Notes: generated by a model from the sequence alone, not told the origin. A stretch of 64,000 bases of DNA from Actinomycetes bacterium (GCA_024222295.1 JAAEPF010000033.1:31691-95690), one strand, 5' to 3'. Counted from the first letter of the stretch, positions 9,110-18,456 are shown. Program-made: numbers and translations.

Positions 9110-9561
9110 AAGTCGGCGACGGCGACCTTGGCGACGATCCGCTCCGGGTGCAGGCGCACCACCATTTCACCGGGCACTGCGTTGCGGCGGCCGTAGGCCT
9201 CGGCCTGTTCGGCACCCATGTACCTCGCGGCGGTTGCGGTGGCCCAGTGCAGCAGCTCGTCGGCGTCGGTCGAGGTCGTGACTGCTCCAGACACCGTCAG
9301 GAAGCTGAACGGCGGCCGCTCGTCATCCAAGCACATCGACACCCGAGGGTCGCGCAGGATGCAGCGACCCTTGAGTGTGTCGGCCGCAGTGAGGAAGACG
9401 ATGTCGGGGTCGTCGTGGCCGTTGTCGTGGTCGAGCGCCACCCAGACAGGCGCGACGTGGGGGCTGCCATCCTTGCGCACGACTGCGAGCTTTGCCGTGC
9501 GGGCCGGCAACTCCTCGATGAACTCCTGCCACCAGCGGGTCGGGGCGTCGGTGTATCCCAT
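9106..9561 (-). CDS. PPOX-class (pyridoxamine 5'-phosphate oxidase-like, probably F420-dependent) protein
   Basis: ARTAKLAVVRKDGSPHVAPVWVALD... split-barrel pattern. 151 aa. Confidence 0.65.
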   Translation of the reverse strand: MGYTDAPTRWWQEFIEELPARTAKLAVVRKDGSPHVAPVWVALDHDNGHDDPDIVFLTAADTLKGRCILRDPRVSMCLDDERPPFSFLTVSGAVTTSTDADELLHWATATAARYMGAEQAEAYGRRNAVPGEMVVRLHPERIVAKVAVADF

Positions 9562-9565
9562 CAGC

Positions 9566-11062
9566 TCAGCCTAGGTAGATGAGGCCGTCTCCGACTTCGC
9601 GGCACGCGACTCCGCTCTCCGCCACCGCCTGGTCCCACCCCTCGTCCACCTCGGGATCGCACTGCTCCATGCCGTGGTCCGCGATTACCAGCACAGCGGT
9701 GTCATCGAGCGCCCCTGCGGATTCGACTGCTGCCAGTACGTCGCCGACCCTGGCATCGCTGTCACGCACAGCGGCTCTTGCCAGCTCGCCGTGGGGGCCG
9801 CTCGTGTGGCCTGCTTCATCGGTGAGCGCCAGGCTGCACCAGCTGAGTGTGGGAAGTGGGTTGCCGTGCTCGCGCCGCCAGCACTGCAGTGTGTGGGCGG
9901 TCGAGAGGTGGTCGACACGCGACATGAAGCGGTACGGCTCGTTGGCCGACGCGTCGGGGTCGAGGTGGGTGACTGTGTCGGTGGGGGGAAGCCCTGACTC
10001 GTCGCCCCTGCGTACCAGGGCGAACGTCGAGAAGTCGGCGCCCGTGTCACAGAACTCGAAGCTCGCGCTGCTGAAGGCGCTGGGTCTGCTGCGGTGGAGC
10101 GCCTGGAACAGGGTCTCGACGTCGGGTGAGAGGTGTTGCATCGCGTGGAACATGGCTGGCAGTTCCAGGAGGTCGACGGTGTCACCGTCGGCGCGGTCGA
10201 CCCACGCGTTGTGAAGGATGCCCGAGTGGCCGGGGTGGGCACCCGTGATCGATGTGGTGTGGTTGGCCAGCGTCGCAGTGGGCAGGGACGCCATCGAACC
10301 CCGGCCGAAGCTCATGCCGTCGGAGAGGACGGACCCGATGTTGGGCGCCTCGCCGTCGGCCATGGCTGCTGCGAGCAGATTGGGGTTGCACCCGTCCAGC
10401 AGGAACACCACGACGTGATCCGGCCGGGTGCCGTCCAGGACCTCGGACTCGACCGTGCCGTCCTGTCGTCGCAACAACCCGCGGTCGAGTCGCTCGCCCG
10501 TGGGGCCCACGCTGCCGACGTTGGCTTCGACACCGAGCAGCCGCGCGATGGTGGGGGCCACGTTCACGACCCTGGTGGCCTGGTCGACCACGCCCAGTTT
10601 CGCGATACCCGCGCCGCCCGCGATGAACGGCGCCCGTGCCTGCACGGTGCCGAGCGAGCCGTGCTGGCCGAGGTGGCCACCGTAGTGGTGCGACGCCGAG
10701 TGCAGCGCGACCAGATCGGGCGCCACCGGTGCATCGAAGAACTGGGCGACGGAGTCGAAGGCGAACGGGTAGGCGTTGTCATGCGCGGCGGGGAAGGAGT
10801 TGCTGCGTTCGGTGCCCAGCCCGAGGAAGCGGTCGGTGCTCTGGTCCGCGAGTGGGTCACGACCGCTCGTGGCGGTGCGGCGGTACTCGGGGTTGCCGTT
10901 GTCGGTGCTGCGTGTGAACTCCACCGCCCCGTCGTGTGCGGCGGCACGATAGGTGTCTGGCTGAGGAGAGCTGAGAACCATCTCGACGCGATCGGCGAGC
11001 GTCGGGTCGCACAGAGCCGACTCGAGCGCGGCCGACTCCGGCTCCCGGGTGGTACGGGTCAC
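9566..11062 (-). CDS. Alkaline-phosphatase-superfamily nucleotide pyrophosphatase/phosphodiesterase (NPP) family protein
   Basis: VVFLLDGCNPN, TLANHTTSITGAHPGHSGILHNAW (Thr nucleophile context), LALTDEAGHTSGPHG and VLVIADHGM. Confidence 0.8.
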   Translation of the reverse strand: MTRTTREPESAALESALCDPTLADRVEMVLSSPQPDTYRAAAHDGAVEFTRSTDNGNPEYRRTATSGRDPLADQSTDRFLGLGTERSNSFPAAHDNAYPFAFDSVAQFFDAPVAPDLVALHSASHHYGGHLGQHGSLGTVQARAPFIAGGAGIAKLGVVDQATRVVNVAPTIARLLGVEANVGSVGPTGERLDRGLLRRQDGTVESEVLDGTRPDHVVVFLLDGCNPNLLAAAMADGEAPNIGSVLSDGMSFGRGSMASLPTATLANHTTSITGAHPGHSGILHNAWVDRADGDTVDLLELPAMFHAMQHLSPDVETLFQALHRSRPSAFSSASFEFCDTGADFSTFALVRRGDESGLPPTDTVTHLDPDASANEPYRFMSRVDHLSTAHTLQCWRREHGNPLPTLSWCSLALTDEAGHTSGPHGELARAAVRDSDARVGDVLAAVESAGALDDTAVLVIADHGMEQCDPEVDEGWDQAVAESGVACREVGDGLIYLG

Positions 11063-11065
11063 GGC

Positions 11066-11524
11066 TCAGCGCCCGCCCTCGAGCTCCGCCTTGCGGTCCT
11101 GCCAGCCCTTCACCATCGTGGCGAAGTGGGCGGGGTTGTAGATGTCCTCCTCATAGGAGAACAGGCCATTGCCCGCGTACTTCAGCAACGTGAAGTTGTA
11201 CTCCTGGTGCAGTGAGCCGTCGCCCGGGTCCGCCATCCGGTTCCACACCTGGCACACGATCCAGCCGCGCTCCTCGTCGATGATGTACCACTCGATCGGG
11301 AAGTGGGGCATCTCGTCGCCGGGCGGGGTCGACATCGTCTCGGTGATCCAGGCCAGGATCGCCTCGCGGCCGCCCATCTTGCCGTAGAGGTGCTCGACGT
11401 AGGTTGCGTCCTCGGTGAAGCAGCTGGCCCAGCGAGTCCAGTCGCCGGTGGTGCCGCCTTCCAGCGCGGCGGCCTGGTAGTCGTCGAAGGCCTGTTCTAT
11501 TTCGTCGCGGCTCCATCTACCCAT
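11066..11524 (-). CDS. NTF2-like (SnoaL-type) protein
   Basis: 152 aa. ATG 11524 (MGRWSRDEIEQAFDDYQ). NTF2-fold-like composition. Sits 3 nt upstream of the NPP gene. Confidence 0.6.
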   Translation of the reverse strand: MGRWSRDEIEQAFDDYQAAALEGGTTGDWTRWASCFTEDATYVEHLYGKMGGREAILAWITETMSTPPGDEMPHFPIEWYIIDEERGWIVCQVWNRMADPGDGSLHQEYNFTLLKYAGNGLFSYEEDIYNPAHFATMVKGWQDRKAELEGGR

Positions 11525-11594
11525 GTCGGTCTCCGGTCGTTTCGGCTCGGCCACAGGGTAGATGTGCCGGAGCCGCACGCGGCGGTGACCATGC

Positions 11595-12209
11595 CTACAG
11601 CAGGTCGCTGAAGTGCCCCAGCAGCTCGTCGTACCCGGTGAGGGCAGGGAACTGCGGGAATTCGGAGATCACGTTGTCGGGTGCGCGGAACAGGAAGCCA
11701 TGGTCGGCCTCTGCGAGCATCGTCGTGTCGTTGTACGAGTCCCCGGCGGCGATGACCCGGTAGTTGAGGCCGTGGAAGGCCTTGACCGCATGTCGCTTCT
11801 GGTCCTCCTGGCGCAGCCGGTAGTTGGTGATACGGCCGTGGTCGTCGACCTCGAGGCTGTGGCAGAACACCGTGGGCCAGCCGAGCTGGGCCATGAAGGG
11901 CCGGGCGAACTCCTCGAATGTGTCGGACAGGATGATCAGCTGCGTGCGTGAACGCAGTTCATCGAGGAACTCCCTGGCCCCATCCAGCGGCGACAGGGAC
12001 GAGATGACCTGCTCGACATCGGCCATTGCGAGGCCGTTGGCGGCGAGGATGTCGAGTCGCTGGCGCATCAGCACGTCGTAGTCGGGCTCGTCGCGGGTGG
12101 TGCGGCGCAGCTCGTCGATGCCGGACGCCTCGGCAGTGGCGATCCACACCTCGGGAATGAGCACCCCTTCGAGGTCGAGGGTCACGATCGTCTGGCGGCT
12201 GTTGCTCAT
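11595..12209 (-). CDS. thrH: Phosphoserine phosphatase / homoserine phosphotransferase ThrH
   Basis: Collinear with Pseudomonas ThrH as I recall it: LDLEGVLIPEVWIA, TTRDEPDYDVLMRQRL, ILSDTFEEF, YRLRQEDQKR, VIAAGDSYNDTTML, EFPQFPA. ATG 12209 is preferred over TTG 12215. Confidence 0.85.
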   Translation of the reverse strand: MSNSRQTIVTLDLEGVLIPEVWIATAEASGIDELRRTTRDEPDYDVLMRQRLDILAANGLAMADVEQVISSLSPLDGAREFLDELRSRTQLIILSDTFEEFARPFMAQLGWPTVFCHSLEVDDHGRITNYRLRQEDQKRHAVKAFHGLNYRVIAAGDSYNDTTMLAEADHGFLFRAPDNVISEFPQFPALTGYDELLGHFSDLL

Positions 12210-12272
12210 GGGCAACAGTGTTCGCCATGGGTCGACCGTGGCGCCAGTACGGTGCGTGTTCGGCGAGAAGCG

Positions 12273-13232
12273 ATGGATCGGAGCACCTTGCGAAGCGACT
12301 CAGCAGAACGCCTCATTGCCGGCGGTGAGTCCCTCGGCCGCACCGACGCCGTCATGGTGCGCCAGGGTGGCCAGACCCTGCTCGAGCTCTACGGCGACGG
12401 GGTCGACGCGGCCAGTTCGCTGAAGTCGTGGTCGATGGCCAAGAGCATCCTGCACGCCGCGGTCGGCCTGCTGGTGGCCGAAGGGCGCCTGGACCCGGAT
12501 GCGCCCGCAAACGTGCCCGAGTGGGCCGGCGATGGCGACGCCCGTGGTGCGATCACGTTGTGGGACCTGCTGCGGATGCGCCCCGGACTCGCATGGAACG
12601 AGGACTACGTCTCCGGCGAGGGCTCCGACGTGATCGAGATGCTCTTCGCTCGCGACTGGCAGCCCGTGGCTGACACGGGTGGCTTCGCGGCCAACAAGCC
12701 TTTGGTTGCAGCGCCGGGCAGCACCCTCAACTACTCGAGCGGCACGAGCAACATCGTGTCGCGCATCGTCGCCGGTGAAGTCGGCCGGGGAAACTCCTAC
12801 CGCAACTGGCTGCGGGAGTCGCTGTTCGAGCCGGTGGGCATGGAGTCGGCAGACCCGCAGTTCGACGAGGTGGGCACCTGGATCGCCTCGTCCTACTGCT
12901 TCTGCACCACCGAGGACTTCGCCCGTTTCGGTGAGCTCTACCTGAACGGCGGCAAGGTCGGCCGGCTGCAGGTGCTCGACCCTGCCTGGGTGGCATCCGC
13001 GGCGGTGCCCACCGGTACCGACGACGAGGGGAACACCCACACGGCGCACTGGTGGACCTGGGACGGCGGTCCGCAGGGTGCATACCGGTGCTCCGGCTAT
13101 GAGGGCCAGTACATCATCGTGGTTCCGAGCCTGGATGCCGTGGTCGTGCGGCTCGGCAAGACCGAAACGGAGCTGCGCCACAACGTGCAGGCCGAGCTCA
13201 ACGAGTTGATCGCTGCGATAGGGGAGCCGTGA
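12273..13232 (+). CDS. Beta-lactamase-related serine hydrolase
   Basis: SxxK motif (SWSMAKS) and YSSGTSN (YxN-like). Start is ATG 12273 or GTG 12252. Confidence 0.75.
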   Translation: MDRSTLRSDSAERLIAGGESLGRTDAVMVRQGGQTLLELYGDGVDAASSLKSWSMAKSILHAAVGLLVAEGRLDPDAPANVPEWAGDGDARGAITLWDLLRMRPGLAWNEDYVSGEGSDVIEMLFARDWQPVADTGGFAANKPLVAAPGSTLNYSSGTSNIVSRIVAGEVGRGNSYRNWLRESLFEPVGMESADPQFDEVGTWIASSYCFCTTEDFARFGELYLNGGKVGRLQVLDPAWVASAAVPTGTDDEGNTHTAHWWTWDGGPQGAYRCSGYEGQYIIVVPSLDAVVVRLGKTETELRHNVQAELNELIAAIGEP

Positions 13233-13870
13233 AGCGGGAGTACTGGATCGCGATCGGAGCTGGCCTCGGCCTCGTGGCCCTGCTGGCCATCCTGTCCCTG
13301 GTGCCGGGTCCTGACCGCACGGGCGACTCCGTGGTCGTGTTCGGCGACTCGATCACGGAGTTCGGAGAGGGGCACCTCGGCCTGGAGCTGGGCAGCACCT
13401 ACGGGCTCATCGTCGACGGCGACTTCGGTGCTCGCGTCGGCGACAGGGTGCAGCCCGCTGCCCAGCACGCTGACGCCGACCAGGTGATCGTGAACCTCGG
13501 CACCAACGACGTGGTGGTGGGCACGCCGCTCGACAAGGTCCGCCTCGCCATGGACGCACTCCTCGATGAGCTCTCCGATGTCGAATGCGTGCATGTCGTG
13601 ACGGTCTCGGAGAACCTCCTGTCAGATGGGGTGTTGCTTCCGGACGCCGGCCGGGAGGTCAACAGGATGATCGCCGCGGCGGCATCGGGCAGGCCCAACG
13701 TCGACCTCCTCCACTGGGACCGGATCCAGCAAGCGGCGGCACTGCGGCGTGGCGACCCCCAGGCGCTCACCTTCGATGGCATCCACCCCGATGACGATGG
13801 GCTGCGCGTGCTGGCCGAGTCCTACGACGGTGTTCTCGCTGATTGCGGCCGTCCCTGGTTCCTGCCATAG
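13229..13870 (+). CDS. SGNH/GDSL hydrolase-family protein
   Basis: VVFGDSITE (block I), LGTNDV and GIHPDDDG (block V). GTG 13229 overlaps the upstream TGA. Confidence 0.8.
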   Translation: MKREYWIAIGAGLGLVALLAILSLVPGPDRTGDSVVVFGDSITEFGEGHLGLELGSTYGLIVDGDFGARVGDRVQPAAQHADADQVIVNLGTNDVVVGTPLDKVRLAMDALLDELSDVECVHVVTVSENLLSDGVLLPDAGREVNRMIAAAASGRPNVDLLHWDRIQQAAALRRGDPQALTFDGIHPDDDGLRVLAESYDGVLADCGRPWFLP

Positions 13871-13886
13871 CGCGGCGGTGGCGGCG

Positions 13887-14318
13887 TCAGATGTCGAATC
13901 GCAGGTGGTGGCTCAGGTCGCCGGCGAGGTCGACGAAGAAGCGACGCTCGGTGAAGTGCCAGCCGTCGGCGTCGCGGGCGAACGTATCTCGGTAGCGGCC
14001 GGTGATCATCGGCGCCATGGTCCCGTCGAGGCCCTGCAGCACGAGATACGAGGAACGCAGCGTGGCGGTGCCGGCCGAGTCGTCGTGGTCGTCGACGATC
14101 ACGTTCATCACCAGGTGCTTGGTGCACGGGCTGCCGTCGTGCAGTTGCACGCTGTCCCGGTAGAACGCTGCGACAGCGTCGGCTCCCTCGACGAGGGTGT
14201 TGCCGTGCGCATCGCACAGCGAGCCATCGCGGAACAGCGCGCCAACGGCGTCGAAGTCTGCCGAGTCCATCGCCTCGCAGTAGAGCCCGAGCAGGTTCGT
14301 GACCGCCTGGATGCTCAC
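13887..14318 (-). CDS. NTF2/SnoaL_4-like protein
   Basis: 143 aa. LGLYCEAMDSADFDAVGALF... The GTG start overlaps the stop of the upstream molybdoenzyme gene (GTGA). Confidence 0.65.
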   Translation of the reverse strand: MSIQAVTNLLGLYCEAMDSADFDAVGALFRDGSLCDAHGNTLVEGADAVAAFYRDSVQLHDGSPCTKHLVMNVIVDDHDDSAGTATLRSSYLVLQGLDGTMAPMITGRYRDTFARDADGWHFTERRFFVDLAGDLSHHLRFDI

Positions 14319-16555
14319 GTGGTGGCGGCGTCGAGGGTCACGGGGATGGCGTTGAGCGAAGCGTTGCCCGACAGCGGGTCGATCCGCTCGGGGTCGGTCA
14401 GCACGTTGCTGTTGACGCCGGGGACACGTGAGGCGACCTTCATTCGGGTGCCGGGCTGGTCATGGCCCCAACCGTGGGGAAGGCTGACCACGCCCTGCAT
14501 CACCTCGTCGGTCACCTCCACCGGCACCTGCACCGAGCCCACCCGCGAGGTCACCACGGCATCGGCGCCCTCGCTCAGCCCGTATCGCTCGGCATCGACC
14601 GGGTGCACATGCAGGGTGCAGCGGGGCTTGCCCTTTACCAGCACCTCGACGTTGTGCATCCATGAGTTGTTGGACCGCAGGTCGCGTCGGCCGACGAGCA
14701 CCAGGTCCGGCCAGTCCTTCTGCATCGCCGCAGCGAGGCGGTCCAGGTCGGCCACGACGATGTCGGGCAGTGTCTCGATGCGTCCCGAAGAGGTGGCGAG
14801 GATGTTGGGCAGTTGCGGCACGAGAGGCCCCAGGTCGACCCCGTGTGGGTTGTCGGCCAGCTTCTCCAGGCTCAACCCTTCGGGATCGGCACCGAAACCG
14901 TCGCCGTGCTGGCCGAGGCGCAGCATCACGTCGAGCACCTGATCGGCCGGCCGGTCGCCGCCCACCATGGCCCTGAGTTCCTCGACCTCGCGGCCCTCGA
15001 CCGGCGAGCCCTCGCGGCCCACGGCCTGGGTGAGCAAGGTGTCCAGTGCGAGGTCGTAGCCGGCCTGCGGATCGGCGTCGGCTCCGAGTCCCATGGCGAT
15101 CATCGTCAGCCGCGTGAGGATCTCGGCCTCCTCGGGGCCTTCGGGCTCGTACAACGGGGGAGACCAGTTGGCGATGTTGCGCACCGACAGTGAGTAGAAC
15201 GCCAGGTCGTAGTGGCTGCGCTCCAGGGGGCCGGGTGGTGGCAGGACCACGTCAGCATGCCTGGTGGTCTCGTTGAGGGCCGGGTCGACGGACACCATGA
15301 ACTCGACCGAGTCGAGGGCTTCGGACAGCCGCTCCGATTCGGGAGTGGAGAGAGCGGGGTTGCCGCTCACGGTCAGCAGGGCCCGCACCTGTCCGTCGCC
15401 GGGTGTGAGGATCTCCTCGGCCAGGATCGAAACGGGCAGTTCGCCGTTGGCCTCCGGGTGATCGCCCACCCGGCTGGACCAGCGGCCGGTGCGGTAGCCG
15501 CGGCCGCCGGGAGCATCGCGTGCCGGCAGGTGCGCCGGCGAGGGCCACATTGCTCCGCCCGGGCTGTCGAGGTTGCCGGTGAGCAGGTTGACGACGTCGG
15601 TGGCCCAGGCAGCAAGGGTTCCGAACTCGACCGTGTGCACGCCGATCCGCCCGTACACGGCCGCAGTCGGGGCGGCAGCGAGTTCACGGGCCATGTTGCG
15701 AATCCGGTGGGCAGTGATCCCGGTGGCTTGGGACACCGACTCAGGTGTGAAGCGGTCGAGCACTCGGCCCAGCTCGCCGAGACCGTCGGCATGTTCACCG
15801 GCATGGCCCGGCTCCGCCAGATCCTCCGAGACGAGCACATGGGCGATCGCGACGAGTAGCAGGGCGTCTGTGCCGGGTCGGATCCGCACGTGCTCGCTGG
15901 CGTGCTCGGCCGTCTTGGTGCGCCGCGGATCGACGACCACGACCTTGCCGCCCCGCTCGATGATCGCTTCGAGCCGGCCGGGGAAGTCGGGCGCGGTGCA
16001 GAGACTCCCGTTTGACTCATAGGGATTGGCGCCGAGCATCAGCAGATGGTCGGTGCGGTCGAGGTCCGGCACGGGGATCGTCAGTCCGTGACCGAACATC
16101 AAGCCGCTGCTCACGTGCTTGGGCATCTGGTCAACGGTGCTGGCGGAATACACGTTGCGGGTGCTGAGTGCCTTGATCATCGTGCGGGCGAAGATCGGCC
16201 CAGCGTGTCCATGTGCACTCGGGTTGCCCAGGTACACGGCCACGGAATCGTTGCCGTGGGCCTCACGCACTGCAGCGAGGCCCGCATCGACCGCTGCGAA
16301 CGCCTCCTCCCACGTGGTCTCGATCAACTCGGTGCCGCCATCGGGGAGTTCACGGCGCACCAGCGGCTTGCGCAACCTGTCCGGGTCCGAATTGAGCTTC
16401 GCCAGGGTGGTGCCCTTCGGGCAGATGAACCCAGCGGAGAAGACGTCGTCGCGGTCACCGCGGATGACCTTCACCGAACCGTCGTCGTCGATGGTCAGCT
16501 CGAGGCCACAGGTGGCCTCACACAGCGGGCAGGTGCGTATGTGCTTGGTGCTCAT
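14315..16555 (-). CDS. Molybdopterin (bis-MGD) oxidoreductase, formate-dehydrogenase/nitrate-reductase-like catalytic subunit
   Basis: N-terminal 4Fe-4S motif CPLCEATCG...CPKG. 746 aa with molybdopterin-family blocks. No Sec codon interruption. Confidence 0.8.
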   Translation of the reverse strand: MSTKHIRTCPLCEATCGLELTIDDDGSVKVIRGDRDDVFSAGFICPKGTTLAKLNSDPDRLRKPLVRRELPDGGTELIETTWEEAFAAVDAGLAAVREAHGNDSVAVYLGNPSAHGHAGPIFARTMIKALSTRNVYSASTVDQMPKHVSSGLMFGHGLTIPVPDLDRTDHLLMLGANPYESNGSLCTAPDFPGRLEAIIERGGKVVVVDPRRTKTAEHASEHVRIRPGTDALLLVAIAHVLVSEDLAEPGHAGEHADGLGELGRVLDRFTPESVSQATGITAHRIRNMARELAAAPTAAVYGRIGVHTVEFGTLAAWATDVVNLLTGNLDSPGGAMWPSPAHLPARDAPGGRGYRTGRWSSRVGDHPEANGELPVSILAEEILTPGDGQVRALLTVSGNPALSTPESERLSEALDSVEFMVSVDPALNETTRHADVVLPPPGPLERSHYDLAFYSLSVRNIANWSPPLYEPEGPEEAEILTRLTMIAMGLGADADPQAGYDLALDTLLTQAVGREGSPVEGREVEELRAMVGGDRPADQVLDVMLRLGQHGDGFGADPEGLSLEKLADNPHGVDLGPLVPQLPNILATSSGRIETLPDIVVADLDRLAAAMQKDWPDLVLVGRRDLRSNNSWMHNVEVLVKGKPRCTLHVHPVDAERYGLSEGADAVVTSRVGSVQVPVEVTDEVMQGVVSLPHGWGHDQPGTRMKVASRVPGVNSNVLTDPERIDPLSGNASLNAIPVTLDAATT

Positions 16556-16584
16556 GGACCATCAAGCATGGCCTACTTGCAGGC

Positions 16585-17046
16585 CTACTTGCCGAGCGGG
16601 AGGTCCAGGGAACGGAGTTGGTACTCGTTGCGGCTGCGAGCAACCACGGTGCCGCTCGTATCGAGCAGTTCGGCGGTCCAGCCGTAGTCGGCCTTGCCCT
16701 TGGTGTCCAGGCCCTTCTGGATGGTCTCGATCGTCGCGTCATCGAGGTGGACCTCCACGGTGACGTCGGTGGCTGCCGGGGCCGTGAAGGTCATCTGGAG
16801 GTCCTTGACGATCGGGAAGTACTTGCCCCGCTCGAACGTGACCGCGGTCATCGTTCCGCCCGGCAGCTCAGCCAGGGTGAACAGGGCGCCCGCGTACATG
16901 ATCCCGACGTGGTTCACGTTGGGCGCCAGCGGCATCATGAGTTTCACCCGGCCCCGTTCGGCCTCGAGCACGCGTACTCCGGTGCGTTCGGTGAACGGCA
17001 TCACGTCCCATGTGGCCTTGGTCAGCTTGTCCACGTCGATGGGCAT
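16585..17046 (-). CDS. Hot-dog fold thioesterase (PaaI/DUF4442-like)
   Basis: NHVGIMYAGALFTLAELPGG core. ATG 17046 (MPIDVDKL). Confidence 0.65.
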   Translation of the reverse strand: MPIDVDKLTKATWDVMPFTERTGVRVLEAERGRVKLMMPLAPNVNHVGIMYAGALFTLAELPGGTMTAVTFERGKYFPIVKDLQMTFTAPAATDVTVEVHLDDATIETIQKGLDTKGKADYGWTAELLDTSGTVVARSRNEYQLRSLDLPLGK

Positions 17047-17363
17047 CGGTCTTCCTCCTGTGGGCGTGGCCCAATCGTAATTCCGGGGCACCCGCGAAAG
17101 TGGAACTCGTTTCAGTTTTGCCCTTCACGGGCAACCGACAGAGGGCCGCTGCGGAGCGGGACGGGGTGCTTCCTCGTTGCCGGAGCAGCGACCCTGGCCA
17201 CGCGGGTATCAGGCGGGCGGGCTCAGACGGGCTGTTAAGGTCGAGATAACAGCGCTCCCTAGATGGGTGTTGCTCGTCGCCGGGAAATTCTCGGGGCGGT
17301 GAACACCTGCGGCCCGAGGCCGCTGACGGAGCGGCTGTACAGCACCCGATCATGGAGGTCGGT

Positions 17364-18326
17364 ATGACAAAGCCCCACTCTCGACTACTGCGCGTAGCAG
17401 CACTCATCTTCGCATCCTTGCTGATCGCCTCAGCGTGCAGCAGCGATGACGACGACAGCGGCTCCGAAGAAGGCTCCGGAGCCGGCGATGAGCTCAGCGG
17501 GGTGAGTGTCACTGTCGGTTCCAAGGACTTCACCGAGAACATCCTGCTCGGCGAGATGCTCGTCCAGGCTCTGGAGGCCCAGGGCGCAGACGTGACCAAT
17601 CAGGTCAACCTCGGCGGCACATCCGTCAACCGCGAGGCTCTGCTTGCCGGCGATATCGACGTCTATCCCGATTACAACGGCACAGGGTGGACAGTCCACC
17701 TCGGCCAGGAAGACCCGAGCTCGGATCCCCAGGAGCTCTATGACGTCACTTCAGAGAAGGACCTTGCTGACAACGGCATCCAGTGGGCGGGCCTCTCCCC
17801 GTTCAATGACACCTACGGCTTCGCTGCAAACGGAACGCTGGTCGAACAGGAAGGCAGCTTCGATCTGCAGTCGATGGCGGACTACCTGGCGGCCAACCCG
17901 GACGCCGTGCTCTGCCTCGAGACTGAGTTCCCGGACCGTCCAGATGGGCTGATCCTGTTCGAGGAAGCAACTGGCTACGAGGTGCCCCAGGAACAGATCC
18001 AGATTCTGGACACTGGTCTCATCTACACGGAGACGGAGAACGGCGCCTGTGACTTCGGTGAGATCTTCACCACGGACGGCCGAGTGACAGCGCTCGACAT
18101 CGAATTGGTCGAGGACCCCGGCGTCTTCATCCTGTACAACGTTTCGTACACTTGGAACGACGAGGCATTCCAGGCCCATGCAGAGACCTACCAGACCATC
18201 GTCGATGAGATCCTGGACCCGCTGACCGACGCAAAGATGGCGGAGTTGAACGCCGAGGTCGACGTGAACGGCGATGACCCCGCGGACGTTGCAAAGGGCT
18301 ACCTGGAGTCAATCGGGCTCGTCTAG
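17364..18326 (+). CDS. Glycine betaine/choline/carnitine-type (OpuC/OpuAC family) ABC substrate-binding lipoprotein
   Basis: Lipobox LLIASAC. FTENILLGEM and DVYPDYNGTGW aromatic-box context. GGAGG at 17354-17358 sits 5 nt before ATG 17364. Confidence 0.8.
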   Translation: MTKPHSRLLRVAALIFASLLIASACSSDDDDSGSEEGSGAGDELSGVSVTVGSKDFTENILLGEMLVQALEAQGADVTNQVNLGGTSVNREALLAGDIDVYPDYNGTGWTVHLGQEDPSSDPQELYDVTSEKDLADNGIQWAGLSPFNDTYGFAANGTLVEQEGSFDLQSMADYLAANPDAVLCLETEFPDRPDGLILFEEATGYEVPQEQIQILDTGLIYTETENGACDFGEIFTTDGRVTALDIELVEDPGVFILYNVSYTWNDEAFQAHAETYQTIVDEILDPLTDAKMAELNAEVDVNGDDPADVAKGYLESIGLV

Positions 18327-18357
18327 CCGCATGTAGCGATTGCCACCACAGTCCTGG

Positions 18358-18398
18358 AGCGCCCCCCGACCTGTTGGGTCGGGGGGCGCTCTTCGTTT
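18358..18398 (+). terminator. Intrinsic terminator downstream of the SBP gene
   Basis: Perfect 14-bp stem AGCGCCCCCCGACC / GGTCGGGGGGCGCT (18358-18371 / 18377-18390), 5-nt loop, followed by CTTCGTTT. Confidence 0.75.
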
Positions 18399-18456
18399 GG
18401 GACGTCGTGGGCGCTCTTCGTTTGGGACGTCGTGGGCGCTCTTCGTTTGGGGCGTT
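18384..18456. repeat. 25-bp direct tandem repeat, about 2.7 copies (GGGCGCTCTTCGTTTGGGACGTCGT)
   Basis: Identical copies at 18384-18408 and 18409-18433, plus a partial third copy from 18434. The first copy contains the 3' arm and T-tract of the terminator. Confidence 0.9.

Noticed and set aside
12216-12272. Two GTGTTCG(C/G)C copies between thrH and the serine hydrolase gene, considered as possible PHO-box-like direct repeats.
   Set aside because: There are only two short copies at irregular spacing, and they do not match the actinobacterial PHO-box unit well enough.
17292-17345. Partial resemblance to the ydaO/c-di-AMP riboswitch 3' half.
   Set aside because: I matched only short fragments. 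I could not find the 5' half or the P1 closing pairing, so it is not callable as an ncRNA without a covariance-model search. It is kept only as a question under findings.
18384-18456. Considered whether the 25-bp repeats are a mini CRISPR array.
   Set aside because: The copies are directly adjacent with no spacers, there are only about 2.7 copies, and there are no cas genes. It is a simple tandem duplication.
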